Source of the DNA: Candidatus Woesebacteria bacterium | GTDB lineage: Bacteria > Patescibacteriota > Microgenomatia > UBA1400 > UBA12028 | Assembly: GCA_040006915.1 (NCBI GenBank) | Contig: JBDTWD010000001.1 | Span: forward strand, 98,229 to 162,228 | Length of the DNA stretch: 64,000 nt | Direction of reading: 5' to 3' | Shown here: positions 9,052 through 17,231 of the stretch, piece after piece | Layout: every line of letters begins with the position of its first letter | How positions within the stretch are numbered: position 1 is the stretch's first letter | Notes under the pieces: model-generated | Databases searched by the model: none | Told to the model about the DNA's origin: nothing | The model's input: only the letters and a program-made list of their open reading frames with translations | Program-made: the position numbers and the translations under genes

Positions 9052-9086
9052 TTGTAGCAGGGCTTAGTGGAGGACGTCAGAACCTA
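9052..9086 (-). repeat. cassette-array repeat copy R3 (TTGTAGCAGGGCTTAGTGGAGGACGTCAGAACCTA)
   Basis: Full-length copy. The flanking hairpin GGTTCAC...GTGAAC lies at 9021-9051. Confidence 0.75.
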
Positions 9087-9101
9087 TCTAACCGCTAAAT
9101 A

Positions 9102-9881
9102 TTACACTAGCTGATCTAGTCCTTCTTTTATTTCTTCAAGAGAGTGAGAGTTCTCAAATTCTGACTTCGACTTCCAATCATGATTTCCGATAAAGGTTCC
9201 AAAAATTGATTTTTTCCATTTCTTCTCATCAAATCCTCGTGTATTTGTATACGTGTTGTAAACAGATTCGATCAACGTGGTAACCAAATGAACATAAGCG
9301 TTTCTGACAAATTCTAGTCGCTCTTGGACTTCGTCGGTTTTTACTTTTTCCAATCTATCAGGAGAGCCAAAATCAACATGCAGGTTCTCGCTAGAGCCGA
9401 TGTCTTTATCTGCAACAAAATCGTGTGCACCATCTAAGTCAATCTGCCATACCTTTCCACTTCGATCTACTAGCATGTGCCCTGGAGTACGTTCTCCCGC
9501 ACTCATTCCCATCGATAGAACGGCATTTAGTTCTGAAACAACTTGCTTTAGTGCTGACAACGATTGTGAATATCCAGCTTCTTGTATGTACGATTCTAAA
9601 TTTGGACCATCAATTTTCTTCACAGGGAAAGAATTTGTATATCTAGCCTCTTCCCTAAATCGCGCCATTTTTGTAACAACTATTGGAGGAACGAAATCAA
9701 AGAGATCAGCAAGAATGACGTGAAGATATTCTCTCTCACCTAAGCCTGAGGGATCTCCTATCTCCTCATGTATTTCAATAGGTTCAGCGGATGAGTCGTA
9801 TTTGATTTCTCGTTGAAGTTCTTTTTTGTCACGTCTAAAGTATGAAGCTATATCTCGGAAGGCCATGAAATTACTATACAC
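9102..9881 (-). CDS. protein-kinase-like fold protein (APH/Kdo-kinase-like catalytic loop), putative
   Basis: 259 aa. PGHMLVDRSGKVWQIDLDGAHDF resembles the HxDxxxxN...DFG catalytic segment of small-molecule kinases. The N-lobe is not recognisable. Confidence 0.4.
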   Translation of the reverse strand: MYSNFMAFRDIASYFRRDKKELQREIKYDSSAEPIEIHEEIGDPSGLGEREYLHVILADLFDFVPPIVVTKMARFREEARYTNSFPVKKIDGPNLESYIQEAGYSQSLSALKQVVSELNAVLSMGMSAGERTPGHMLVDRSGKVWQIDLDGAHDFVADKDIGSSENLHVDFGSPDRLEKVKTDEVQERLEFVRNAYVHLVTTLIESVYNTYTNTRGFDEKKWKKSIFGTFIGNHDWKSKSEFENSHSLEEIKEGLDQLV

Positions 9882-9971
9882 TTACTCAGTGGGAATCAAA
9901 ATTATGAGAAATACGAACCGATAACCTGGATTTGAAAAGCTTTTTTAGATTGATTCATCAAACTATTAGAA

Positions 9972-10004
9972 TTTGCAGGGCTTAGTGGAGGACGTCAGAA
10001 CCTA
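9972..10004 (-). repeat. cassette-array repeat copy R4 (TTTGCAGGGCTTAGTGGAGGACGTCAGAACCTA)
   Basis: Canonical full-length copy. The TAA stop of gene 10006..10329 is 1 nt away. Confidence 0.8.
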
Positions 10005-10005
10005 C

Positions 10006-10329
10006 TTATTTGCTAGGTATTCTCTTTGAGAGATGACTTGAAAGAATAGCTGGAACTACAAAAATGATTAGTACAAATACAAACCATATCCCATACACCA
10101 CAAGTGGTGTATAGAGATACTCATCTCCGATTACTCTAACCCCGTTTACACTATGAACAAAAGGTGCAATAAAACCGACGAAAGGCAATGGGTCGATACA
10201 TTTATATAATATTCCATTCGCCCAGTTGCTCCAAGAAAAAGATAGCACCAGAAGTAGTGGAACAAAGAAGAAGATATATAGAACAACCGACTGAAGTCTT
10301 ACGTATTGGTCGTGGAGTTTTTTAACCAT
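10006..10329 (-). CDS. small integral membrane protein
   Basis: 107 aa with three predicted hydrophobic helices. Confidence 0.45.
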   Translation of the reverse strand: MVKKLHDQYVRLQSVVLYIFFFVPLLLVLSFSWSNWANGILYKCIDPLPFVGFIAPFVHSVNGVRVIGDEYLYTPLVVYGIWFVFVLIIFVVPAILSSHLSKRIPSK

Positions 10330-10356
10330 ATGCAGATTATAACAAAGTCCTAACTT

Positions 10357-10439
10357 TAGGTTCGATTCCTTATAGACCTAAGGAGATTTGACTCGAGTAA
10401 AAAGTTGAAGCAGGGCTTGGTGGAGGACGTCAGAACCTA
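10357..10439 (-). repeat. cassette-array repeat copy R5, extended (TAGGTTCGATTCC... + GTTGAAGCAGGGCTTGGTGGAGGACGTCAGAACCTA)
   Basis: The core lies at 10404-10439. The distal segment 10357-10369, TAGGTTCGATTCC, is a near-canonical tRNA T-arm/T-loop sequence. Confidence 0.7.
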
Positions 10440-10450
10440 TTTTATTGTTT

Positions 10451-10711
10451 CTAATACTCATCGTGCGTAATAATATCGGTCAAGAGTAATCCTTCTCCTA
10501 TCACCACAAAAGTTATCCGTAGATCACCTTCCAACCAAACAGCATACTCAGTTTTTCTTGAGCCTTTTAATTTATGAGTTTTAAGAGATGGATGGTGAAT
10601 ATTTTGAACTAATAGCTTTAATTGCTTGCTCACTTTTTGTCTCAACTGAGGATTTTTGTCTATTCTTTTTTTGAGTCTTTTCTTGAAATAATCCGAATAA
10701 CTTAGTTTCAT
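10451..10711 (-). CDS. RelE/YafQ-family mRNA interferase toxin
   Basis: 86 aa with HPSLKTHKLKG...YAVWL..DLRITFVV...LLLTDIITHDEY, characteristic of RelE/YafQ. Confidence 0.65.
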   Translation of the reverse strand: MKLSYSDYFKKRLKKRIDKNPQLRQKVSKQLKLLVQNIHHPSLKTHKLKGSRKTEYAVWLEGDLRITFVVIGEGLLLTDIITHDEY

Positions 10712-10986
10712 AAATCATTCAGAAATTCATCAACCTCATCATGTTTGATCTGATGAGTTTTACCTTGAGAGTAATCTTCTAGTGCTTGATCTAACACCTT
10801 TTCAGTTTTTTCACTCATTTTGAAAACTGGCATATCTATATCTTTCACATCAACTAGCACTAGATGTTTAATGTAAGTAGAAATGGACAAACCATATTGA
10901 TCAGCTCTACTCTGGACAAGTTCTTGCAACTTCTCTGGCAAAGTAATTTTTATTTGGGCTGATGGATTAGCAATAATTGTAGACAT
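10708..10986 (-). CDS. ribbon-helix-helix antitoxin (DinJ/RelB-like)
   Basis: 92 aa with an N-terminal RHH (ITLPEKLQELVQSRADQYGLSISTYIKHLV). Its stop overlaps the toxin start (ATGA). Confidence 0.6.
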   Translation of the reverse strand: MSTIIANPSAQIKITLPEKLQELVQSRADQYGLSISTYIKHLVLVDVKDIDMPVFKMSEKTEKVLDQALEDYSQGKTHQIKHDEVDEFLNDL

Positions 10987-11037
10987 AGTACTATTTTAGT
11001 CCCTTTTTAGTCCTTTTTCAAGTACTGAACAGCCATA

Positions 11038-11064
11038 GAGCTTAGTAGAGGACGTCAGAACCTA
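11038..11064 (-). repeat. cassette-array repeat copy R6 (truncated: GAGCTTAGTAGAGGACGTCAGAACCTA)
   Basis: Same truncation type as R2. The last 3 nt are the TAG stop of gene 11062..12030. Confidence 0.7.
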
Positions 11065-12030
11065 TTTCGCTAAAGATTCGGTTGTACTTGGCCTGTAATG
11101 TGGGAATAGCTTTTTCACCTCCCCATCTGAAATCTCTTTTTTTACATGGTAGACCGTAGCCTGATTTTTACCTCTATTCAGGCTAAGCAGACATGACTGG
11201 AGGTCGTTATATTTATCAAGCAATTTTTGATATGCATCTGCCCTCCTATCAAAATCAGGGGTGTGATACTGCATAGCCACGGGTACAAGTTCACGACCAA
11301 CCCAGTAAGCCTGCAATTCCTTTAGCCATAGTGGGAGAGATTCATCTTCATCATCCTGATGGATATGGACTATCTCATGAAGTACCATATTTAACCAGGT
11401 AGCTTTCTCAACAAATTTCTTTGCTTTTTCAATACTTCCCTCTTCTCGCATGAGTGTTTCTCTATTTTGTTCACTTATATTTTCCCAAGTTTCTATGGGT
11501 ATACCTATCACAAAACTTCCTTCTGAGTTGTATGCTCTAAACGTCCCTACCTCATCTTCTGGGATGTATGAAGCGCTTTCCGATTTTAGTCTAGATTTAA
11601 AAAAGTTCTCAAACTTTCTTCGATCAATCTCGGGAATTCCTGAGAGCCACTGTTCTAAATTTGCTTCAGTCAAATCGGTGGCATTTTTACCTTTTTCCTT
11701 TATAAATGTCGAGTAAGATTCCACAATCACCTGTGGAGTTACTTCTTCACTGTCTTTTTCAGCAATAGTGTCTAACTTCCAGTTTGACGTAAATGCTTTC
11801 ATTGTCTCAGGATCTACTAGAACAAAGCGTTTTTTCATCTCATCAAGCGGGATCATTTCACGCTGAGAAAATAGTTTTTGAAATTTAGCAATGAAAAGTG
11901 AATACGCCTCTCCCACAACCTCCTCAAACTCTTTTGCTTTCTCTGGAGATACGGATTGAGCCTCCATTCGCAAGGCATCCAGCTCATCAGCAGATAGGGA
12001 GAAAGAATTTGAACTAGCGTTTTCGGACAT
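11062..12030 (-). CDS. HExxH-motif protein (putative zincin-like metallopeptidase)
   Basis: 322-aa acidic ORF with HEIVHIHQDDED. Confidence 0.45.
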   Translation of the reverse strand: MSENASSNSFSLSADELDALRMEAQSVSPEKAKEFEEVVGEAYSLFIAKFQKLFSQREMIPLDEMKKRFVLVDPETMKAFTSNWKLDTIAEKDSEEVTPQVIVESYSTFIKEKGKNATDLTEANLEQWLSGIPEIDRRKFENFFKSRLKSESASYIPEDEVGTFRAYNSEGSFVIGIPIETWENISEQNRETLMREEGSIEKAKKFVEKATWLNMVLHEIVHIHQDDEDESLPLWLKELQAYWVGRELVPVAMQYHTPDFDRRADAYQKLLDKYNDLQSCLLSLNRGKNQATVYHVKKEISDGEVKKLFPHYRPSTTESLAK

Positions 12031-12078
12031 ACTATTAGTGAGTATACCAAAAATATTAGGGGCGGAAGGAATGAAAGC

Positions 12079-12112
12079 AGGTTCGAGCGTAAAATGCAGG
12101 GCCTAAATGAGA
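12079..12112 (-). repeat. cassette-array repeat copy R7 (degenerate: AGGTTCGAGC + AAATGCAGGGCCTAAATGAG; lacks GGACGTCAGAACCTA)
   Basis: Partial match only. Probably the array terminus. Confidence 0.45.
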
Positions 12113-12144
12113 GCGCATTAGCTCAAAAGTACTTTATCGAAAAA

Positions 12145-12708
12145 TCAGAATGGATATCCCTTTAAACCTTGGATTCCTTTGAGTACGGCAATTTCTCCCA
12201 TGATCGAATAGGCGTGTCCATTTATGATGTTGGCGATGAAGTCATACATTTTTTTGTTTCCCATGCCAAATGCGCTCATATCTACTTCTTTCTCAAGGTC
12301 TGCTTCAGAAAGCGTGGCGACGTACTTTTCCGTTTCTTCGTACACGGACTTGGCATACAGGCGAAATTTCTGTACATCCAAGCGAACTTCTCGCAGCCAG
12401 ATGGGATATTCAGTTTGCCAATCGGTTGGTTGGATTTTACTGGCACCGGTGTTGTCCTTAAAAGTTGTTTCGAATAGTGTCGGAGTTTTCATCAAAAAAG
12501 TATGCACAAACATATCTTCACTAAAGACCAAATGAGCATACACTCCGGCAATTGGGTTGGCAGTCCCTGGAGGCATAAACTGTGCCACTTCATCAGTCAC
12601 ACCAGTCATGGTGTCTTCCAGTGCAGTGTGAGTAGCCTGCAGCTGAGTAACTAAAATTTCGGTTCCAAGATTTTTCATAGATCTCCTGTAGAGTACAAAG
12701 CATTTCAT
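12145..12708 (-). CDS. DinB/YfiT-like (DinB_2) metal-dependent four-helix-bundle protein
   Basis: 187 aa with the C-terminal INGHAYSIMGEIAVLKG, typical of the DinB_2 family. Confidence 0.6.
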   Translation of the reverse strand: MKCFVLYRRSMKNLGTEILVTQLQATHTALEDTMTGVTDEVAQFMPPGTANPIAGVYAHLVFSEDMFVHTFLMKTPTLFETTFKDNTGASKIQPTDWQTEYPIWLREVRLDVQKFRLYAKSVYEETEKYVATLSEADLEKEVDMSAFGMGNKKMYDFIANIINGHAYSIMGEIAVLKGIQGLKGYPF

Positions 12709-12862
12709 TACGTAAATTGGCTTGAGATGATTTTACCCGTTTCAAGAGCTTGATACAAATTTTCGTTTTCGACTCGTTTGAGCTAGTTTATTACCAGGAG
12801 TATTCATGCAGTCAGAATAGCAAAGGTTCTCGTCTGTTATACCAAACTTTCAGTATTCCATT

Positions 12863-12988
12863 CGGGGTCTTGCCCCTCTTTTACAAGGGTTTCCGGGCTA
12901 TGCCCTCCAATGAACGTCGTTTCACTCCGCCCTTGTAAAATTCACCCCGCTGTTTAAGAGACAGATATGGGAGGCATGCACGCCTCCC
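12863..12988. repeat. nested inverted-repeat / hairpin cluster at the array boundary
   Basis: Outer pair CGGGG 12863-12867 / CCCCG 12945-12949. Inner perfect 11-bp pair TTTTACAAGGG 12879-12889 / CCCTTGTAAAA 12930-12940. Separate hairpin GGGAGGC-ATGCAC-GCCTCCC at 12969-12988. No U-tract follows. Confidence 0.6.
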
Positions 12989-13028
12989 AATCAAAAAGTA
13001 TAAAAATGAGGCGTGAAGAAAGGACGAT

Positions 13029-13325
13029 ATGAAACTGGTATCCAAGGAGCTTGAAGCCCTCTTTGCACAAGTGGGGTCACAGGAGAATGTGGCAGATCCA
13101 ATTGTGATTGCGAAGTTTTTCAATCCCACAGGATCTGGTACGTGGTATGCAACCGAGTATGACGCATCTGAAGGGCGGTTTTTCGGCTATGTGTCTATCT
13201 TTGGCGACTGGAATGACGAATGGGGATATTTTTCTTTAGCAGAGCTACAAAGCTATGTGGGAAGACTGGGCTTGGGGATCGAACGAGATCTGTATTTTAC
13301 GCCCAAGCCATTCTCGAAAATTTAA
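13029..13325 (+). CDS. DUF2958-like protein (family common on conjugative plasmids)
   Basis: 98 aa with WYATEYDASEGRFFGYVSIFGDWNDEWGYFSLAEL...ERDLYFTP, recalled as DUF2958. Confidence 0.5.
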   Translation: MKLVSKELEALFAQVGSQENVADPIVIAKFFNPTGSGTWYATEYDASEGRFFGYVSIFGDWNDEWGYFSLAELQSYVGRLGLGIERDLYFTPKPFSKI

Positions 13326-13652
13326 ATATATATAGGAGACATTTATGATCAATCCCATCGTAACGCGCGAATTTGAAAACCAAATTTTAGAACTCATTGA
13401 CACTCAAGAGGACTATACCCGAGGTGATTTGCAAGGAATGGTGACCGTATTGGTGAACAAAATAATGGAACGAGGGCACGAGATTTTACAAACCCAGGAG
13501 AAATGAGCGATATGCACTGAAAACAAGTGATTTTTTCACTGGTGCGTTGAAGTACGTCGTGGGGTACTAGTTGGTATTGTATAATATCGAGGCGACACTA
13601 CCCAAACGGGAGTGGAACGTAGAAATGAGGCCACAGACACTGGAGGTGCAAA

Positions 13653-14174
13653 ATGGCCGAGTTAGTGAAGAGAGAAGACTTTCAAAAGCTTCTCACGGTT
13701 CGTCAACTCATCGACGAAATGATCGAGCTTGACGAAAAAGTTTTAGCGAATGGCGGCGGATTCCGACAGAGAGAATTTAGCTCTTCTCAGGTGGGATCCA
13801 TAAATGCCGTTCTTCGTGAGACACGTCCGCATTCTTTGTATATCGTTGGATTTGAATTCGACGTGAGCGAAGTCGGGGACGTGGTCGATGTGTCAGTTGC
13901 CAACACAGAAGCAACTGATATCGTACTCAATGCTGCATTGGGAGTGAAGAACTCCTGGGAATCGCCGATGCAGACGCTAACGATTCCCGCTGAGGGTGAG
14001 ATTACTTTTCGTTTTCCCATCCCAGTAAGACTGAAGGAAAGAGAGGTGTGCTTTCACTTTAGTGGAATGATGAGTGCGCTGCGGGACATTCACGTCCAGT
14101 ATTGCGCTGATCAAATGCTACCTCCTCTCCCTCCTGAAAAGAAACCGCGAGGTTTCAAGGAGAACAAAAAGTAA
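13653..14174 (+). CDS. hypothetical protein
   Basis: 173-aa ORF with no motif. Confidence 0.45.
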   Translation: MAELVKREDFQKLLTVRQLIDEMIELDEKVLANGGGFRQREFSSSQVGSINAVLRETRPHSLYIVGFEFDVSEVGDVVDVSVANTEATDIVLNAALGVKNSWESPMQTLTIPAEGEITFRFPIPVRLKEREVCFHFSGMMSALRDIHVQYCADQMLPPLPPEKKPRGFKENKK

Positions 14175-14302
14175 GCAGTAATGAGTCGTGGTTGGGGGAT
14201 CCTCGTCCCCCAACCACAAAACCATTTTTCCAGATGGGTGAATTTGAAACCGTATCCGCGTCATCTATTCACTTCTCTACCTCAAACCGATTTGTTTTGA
14301 TC

Positions 14303-16285
14303 CTACCGCTTTTCAATTTCAGATTTAAACTCCACTGCGAAGACGTGTGCCATTCCGCTCTCAATTCCTTCTTGTGCAAGTATTCGTACTTGTCTATTTA
14401 AGCGAATTGCCCAGACTGTTTTGTTTTCTCTAGGCCCGTCAAATCCGGGATATGTTTTGACCAGTCCCGCACCCTTATTGGCCTGAAGTAATTTTTGTTC
14501 GATGCGTTGAATGTCGGAATCATTAAATTTTTCCCGTAATGTACGAACTGTATCTTCCGGGAATACAAATTCAGGCCACAATCTTTTCTCTCGGATTTCT
14601 TCAGCAAAAGTTTTTGACTTTCCTGATTGCTGTTTTTGTGGTTCCAATGACTGTACCACTGTATAATTTTGTTGTCTTTTATGTTCGCCTCTTTCCGTTT
14701 TGGCTTTCCCTTTTTGTCTCATTGGGGCAACGTCATATGAATTAACTCGAGAAATCATGTTTTCGGCAGGTGTTGGGGTATATAGTCTCTCATTCTTTAT
14801 CCGAACAGTGTTATCAAGTAATTGATGGATGAGTGAAAGCGTCTGAGCCTGGAGTGATTCATCAACAGCTTCTTCATCTAACAAACGTAAATAAATTGCT
14901 GGATGGTCAGCGTGAAGATCTATTGCTAAGGTTGTCAAAGAAAACGGCATACTATTCTCCATTGACAAGTGTTCGAGCTCCTCTTCGTTGTGAATAAAAA
15001 ACAATTGTACAAAAAGAATGTCATCATCTTTTTTTACTCGAGCCGTTACGAAGTCTGTTGGGACTGATAAGTGTACTTGATCAAGTTTTGCGAGTGAAAC
15101 CCAACTATCAGAAATCGAAAGTTCAGCAGCGAATGCTCGTATTTCCTGCCACTGTTGTGTCGACCACTCTTGTTTCTCGCCAAAAAGAGCAGCCAGTTGA
15201 TCAGATGAGCAAATAACTACTTTGGAAACTGATTGAACAGTGCCTTTCATATTTTCTGCAAGGTCAAAATACCACGAATCGTTCGTATCTTCTGCAATAG
15301 TATATAAGTTTTTTATAAGGACGAGCTCATCGACGACATTCATTATCCCCCGCTTTACGGCTCCTAAACCGAAATACTGTCGTTTCTCTTCTCGACTACC
15401 TACAATCGCTGGTGACTCGATAAAATCTGTTACAAACTGACGGCTGGCTAGATGTTTTGGATCCTCATCATCTGTAAGTGCGTTATATGTCTGCAAAATG
15501 AAGTCTGAAAAGAGATGGTACATCCTTTTTGTGAGAGCCTTTTCTTTATTTTCTTTAAAATATTTTTTGTAGATTTGCTCAAACTCATAATCGTCCATCG
15601 CAACAAAACCTTTTACAAATATTCCCAAGTAAAAGCTCTCACTCTGCTGAAAAACTTCATGTAAAAGCGTGCTCATTACTTGGTACCGAGCATCGCTAGA
15701 ATTGTCTCCCTCTGTTTCAAGATCAAGAGCCAGTTTTTTGAGAACTGCGAACACTGGCATATATGCCTCTATATCCTCATACGCATCGGACTGCTTGAAA
15801 AAAGATGGAACCGGAATGCGTGCCCATTCTGTAATTTCACGTACGACATTTTGATCAAAATCGACAACGTCTGATCTATGGAGTTGTTTGATAATATCGT
15901 GTCCACTATCGGCTACACGAATATGGGCGTTAAATAACCGAACTATCCATTCTTGAATAGCTGTCTTTCCAATGGGATTTTCTCCATCTTCTAGTCCTGG
16001 CATATTACCTATTAATTCGTATTTTTCAATATTCCATCGGGCGAGTGTCCCCACGAGACCTCCGATATTTTTCACACCGAGTGAACGTGATTGAAGGATA
16101 AACGATCTGGCTCCTTGCTCTAAGTATCGTCTCTCGGGGAGTTCTTCTTGTGCAGTTTCAAATGAAGCAATGTCTGGAAGTTTATATGACCCGTCTGGGT
16201 TTTTTTCAATCTCTATTGGAATAGGAGAAGCAGTGGGCTCACCCACATACAGTGCACGGCTTAATTTAAATTCTCTTTCTTTCAT
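14303..16285 (-). CDS. large hypothetical protein (660 aa); the C-terminal ~60 aa faintly resemble a RelE/ParE fold
   Basis: Long uninterrupted ORF. C-terminal TVWAIRLNRQVRILAQEGIESGMAHVFAVEF is weak. Confidence 0.5.
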   Translation of the reverse strand: MKEREFKLSRALYVGEPTASPIPIEIEKNPDGSYKLPDIASFETAQEELPERRYLEQGARSFILQSRSLGVKNIGGLVGTLARWNIEKYELIGNMPGLEDGENPIGKTAIQEWIVRLFNAHIRVADSGHDIIKQLHRSDVVDFDQNVVREITEWARIPVPSFFKQSDAYEDIEAYMPVFAVLKKLALDLETEGDNSSDARYQVMSTLLHEVFQQSESFYLGIFVKGFVAMDDYEFEQIYKKYFKENKEKALTKRMYHLFSDFILQTYNALTDDEDPKHLASRQFVTDFIESPAIVGSREEKRQYFGLGAVKRGIMNVVDELVLIKNLYTIAEDTNDSWYFDLAENMKGTVQSVSKVVICSSDQLAALFGEKQEWSTQQWQEIRAFAAELSISDSWVSLAKLDQVHLSVPTDFVTARVKKDDDILFVQLFFIHNEEELEHLSMENSMPFSLTTLAIDLHADHPAIYLRLLDEEAVDESLQAQTLSLIHQLLDNTVRIKNERLYTPTPAENMISRVNSYDVAPMRQKGKAKTERGEHKRQQNYTVVQSLEPQKQQSGKSKTFAEEIREKRLWPEFVFPEDTVRTLREKFNDSDIQRIEQKLLQANKGAGLVKTYPGFDGPRENKTVWAIRLNRQVRILAQEGIESGMAHVFAVEFKSEIEKR

Positions 16286-16383
16286 TGAGTGATAGTACTA
16301 TATTTTTTATATTTGGCAAATATCTTGCCCTAGTCACGAACAGGTGTTTTGAATTCTTCTGAAAATGATTTATAATCCCGGGA

Positions 16384-17142
16384 ATGAGAAAAGAACTGTG
16401 TGCATATTGCGTCACTTGGCAAAAATGTTTTTATGAGGATATCTCTCTCAACGGTTTGCAGCAAGCTCTCGAACATGGAAATACTACAAACTGTCCACAG
16501 TTCCCTTCTTTATTGGCAGAAGCCCTAGATCCAGGCACCATTTCTTCGCCTGAAGAAAGTATTGTATCCGTCGTTGAACAGTCTCCTCTTGAAACGGTTG
16601 AAACCATGATTCCACAAGCTGAGGATATAGAAAAAATCATTGACAACACTCCTCCAATAGAGGGAGAAATTCCCAAGCCTCGCATGATAGAAACAATTAT
16701 TTTTAAACGTCTACCGACTAAACGAGAGACAGTTCAGGTAAAAACAAATGGGAAACAAAGGGACATCACAAACGGCAAGGCTGAAAAAGGTGCTGGTACT
16801 CCCAAACGATCCACAGTAAGCATTTCGTTACGTGAATATATTGATGTGCAGGATTATCTTGCTCAAACCGATGTATCTGAACGTCTAAGGAGTGCATTTG
16901 GATACATTACAGAGGCAATTGACAAGTTAGGGAAATATACACAGGATCTCGACTACAAAGAGAAAGAGAGGCTAGGGAAAATTATTACAAGAATTCTTGA
17001 AACGAACGATGTGTTTGAAGATTATGAGGAAGCGCTACATTTCTTGAAAGCTCTAAAAGGAATCGTTACCGTTTGGACTGTGAATACAAAGGGCAAGAAC
17101 AGAAATGAAATTCAAAAATTTGACCTGAATGGATCTACTTAG
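16384..17142 (+). CDS. hypothetical protein with an N-terminal Cys pair
   Basis: 252-aa ORF containing CAYCVTWQKC. Confidence 0.45.
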   Translation: MRKELCAYCVTWQKCFYEDISLNGLQQALEHGNTTNCPQFPSLLAEALDPGTISSPEESIVSVVEQSPLETVETMIPQAEDIEKIIDNTPPIEGEIPKPRMIETIIFKRLPTKRETVQVKTNGKQRDITNGKAEKGAGTPKRSTVSISLREYIDVQDYLAQTDVSERLRSAFGYITEAIDKLGKYTQDLDYKEKERLGKIITRILETNDVFEDYEEALHFLKALKGIVTVWTVNTKGKNRNEIQKFDLNGST

Positions 17143-17231
17143 TAATTTTTTAACTGAAAATATACAGAATGAAACGCCCACTGCATGTATTGATTTGGTA
17201 ATCAACCACACAGTGGGCTTCTTTAGCACCT

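Noticed and set aside
3085-12112. CRISPR array interpretation of the conserved repeats
   Set aside because: The inter-repeat segments are 0.4–1.3 kb and contain genes, not 25–50-nt spacers. The repeats sit in two orientations. No cas genes are present.
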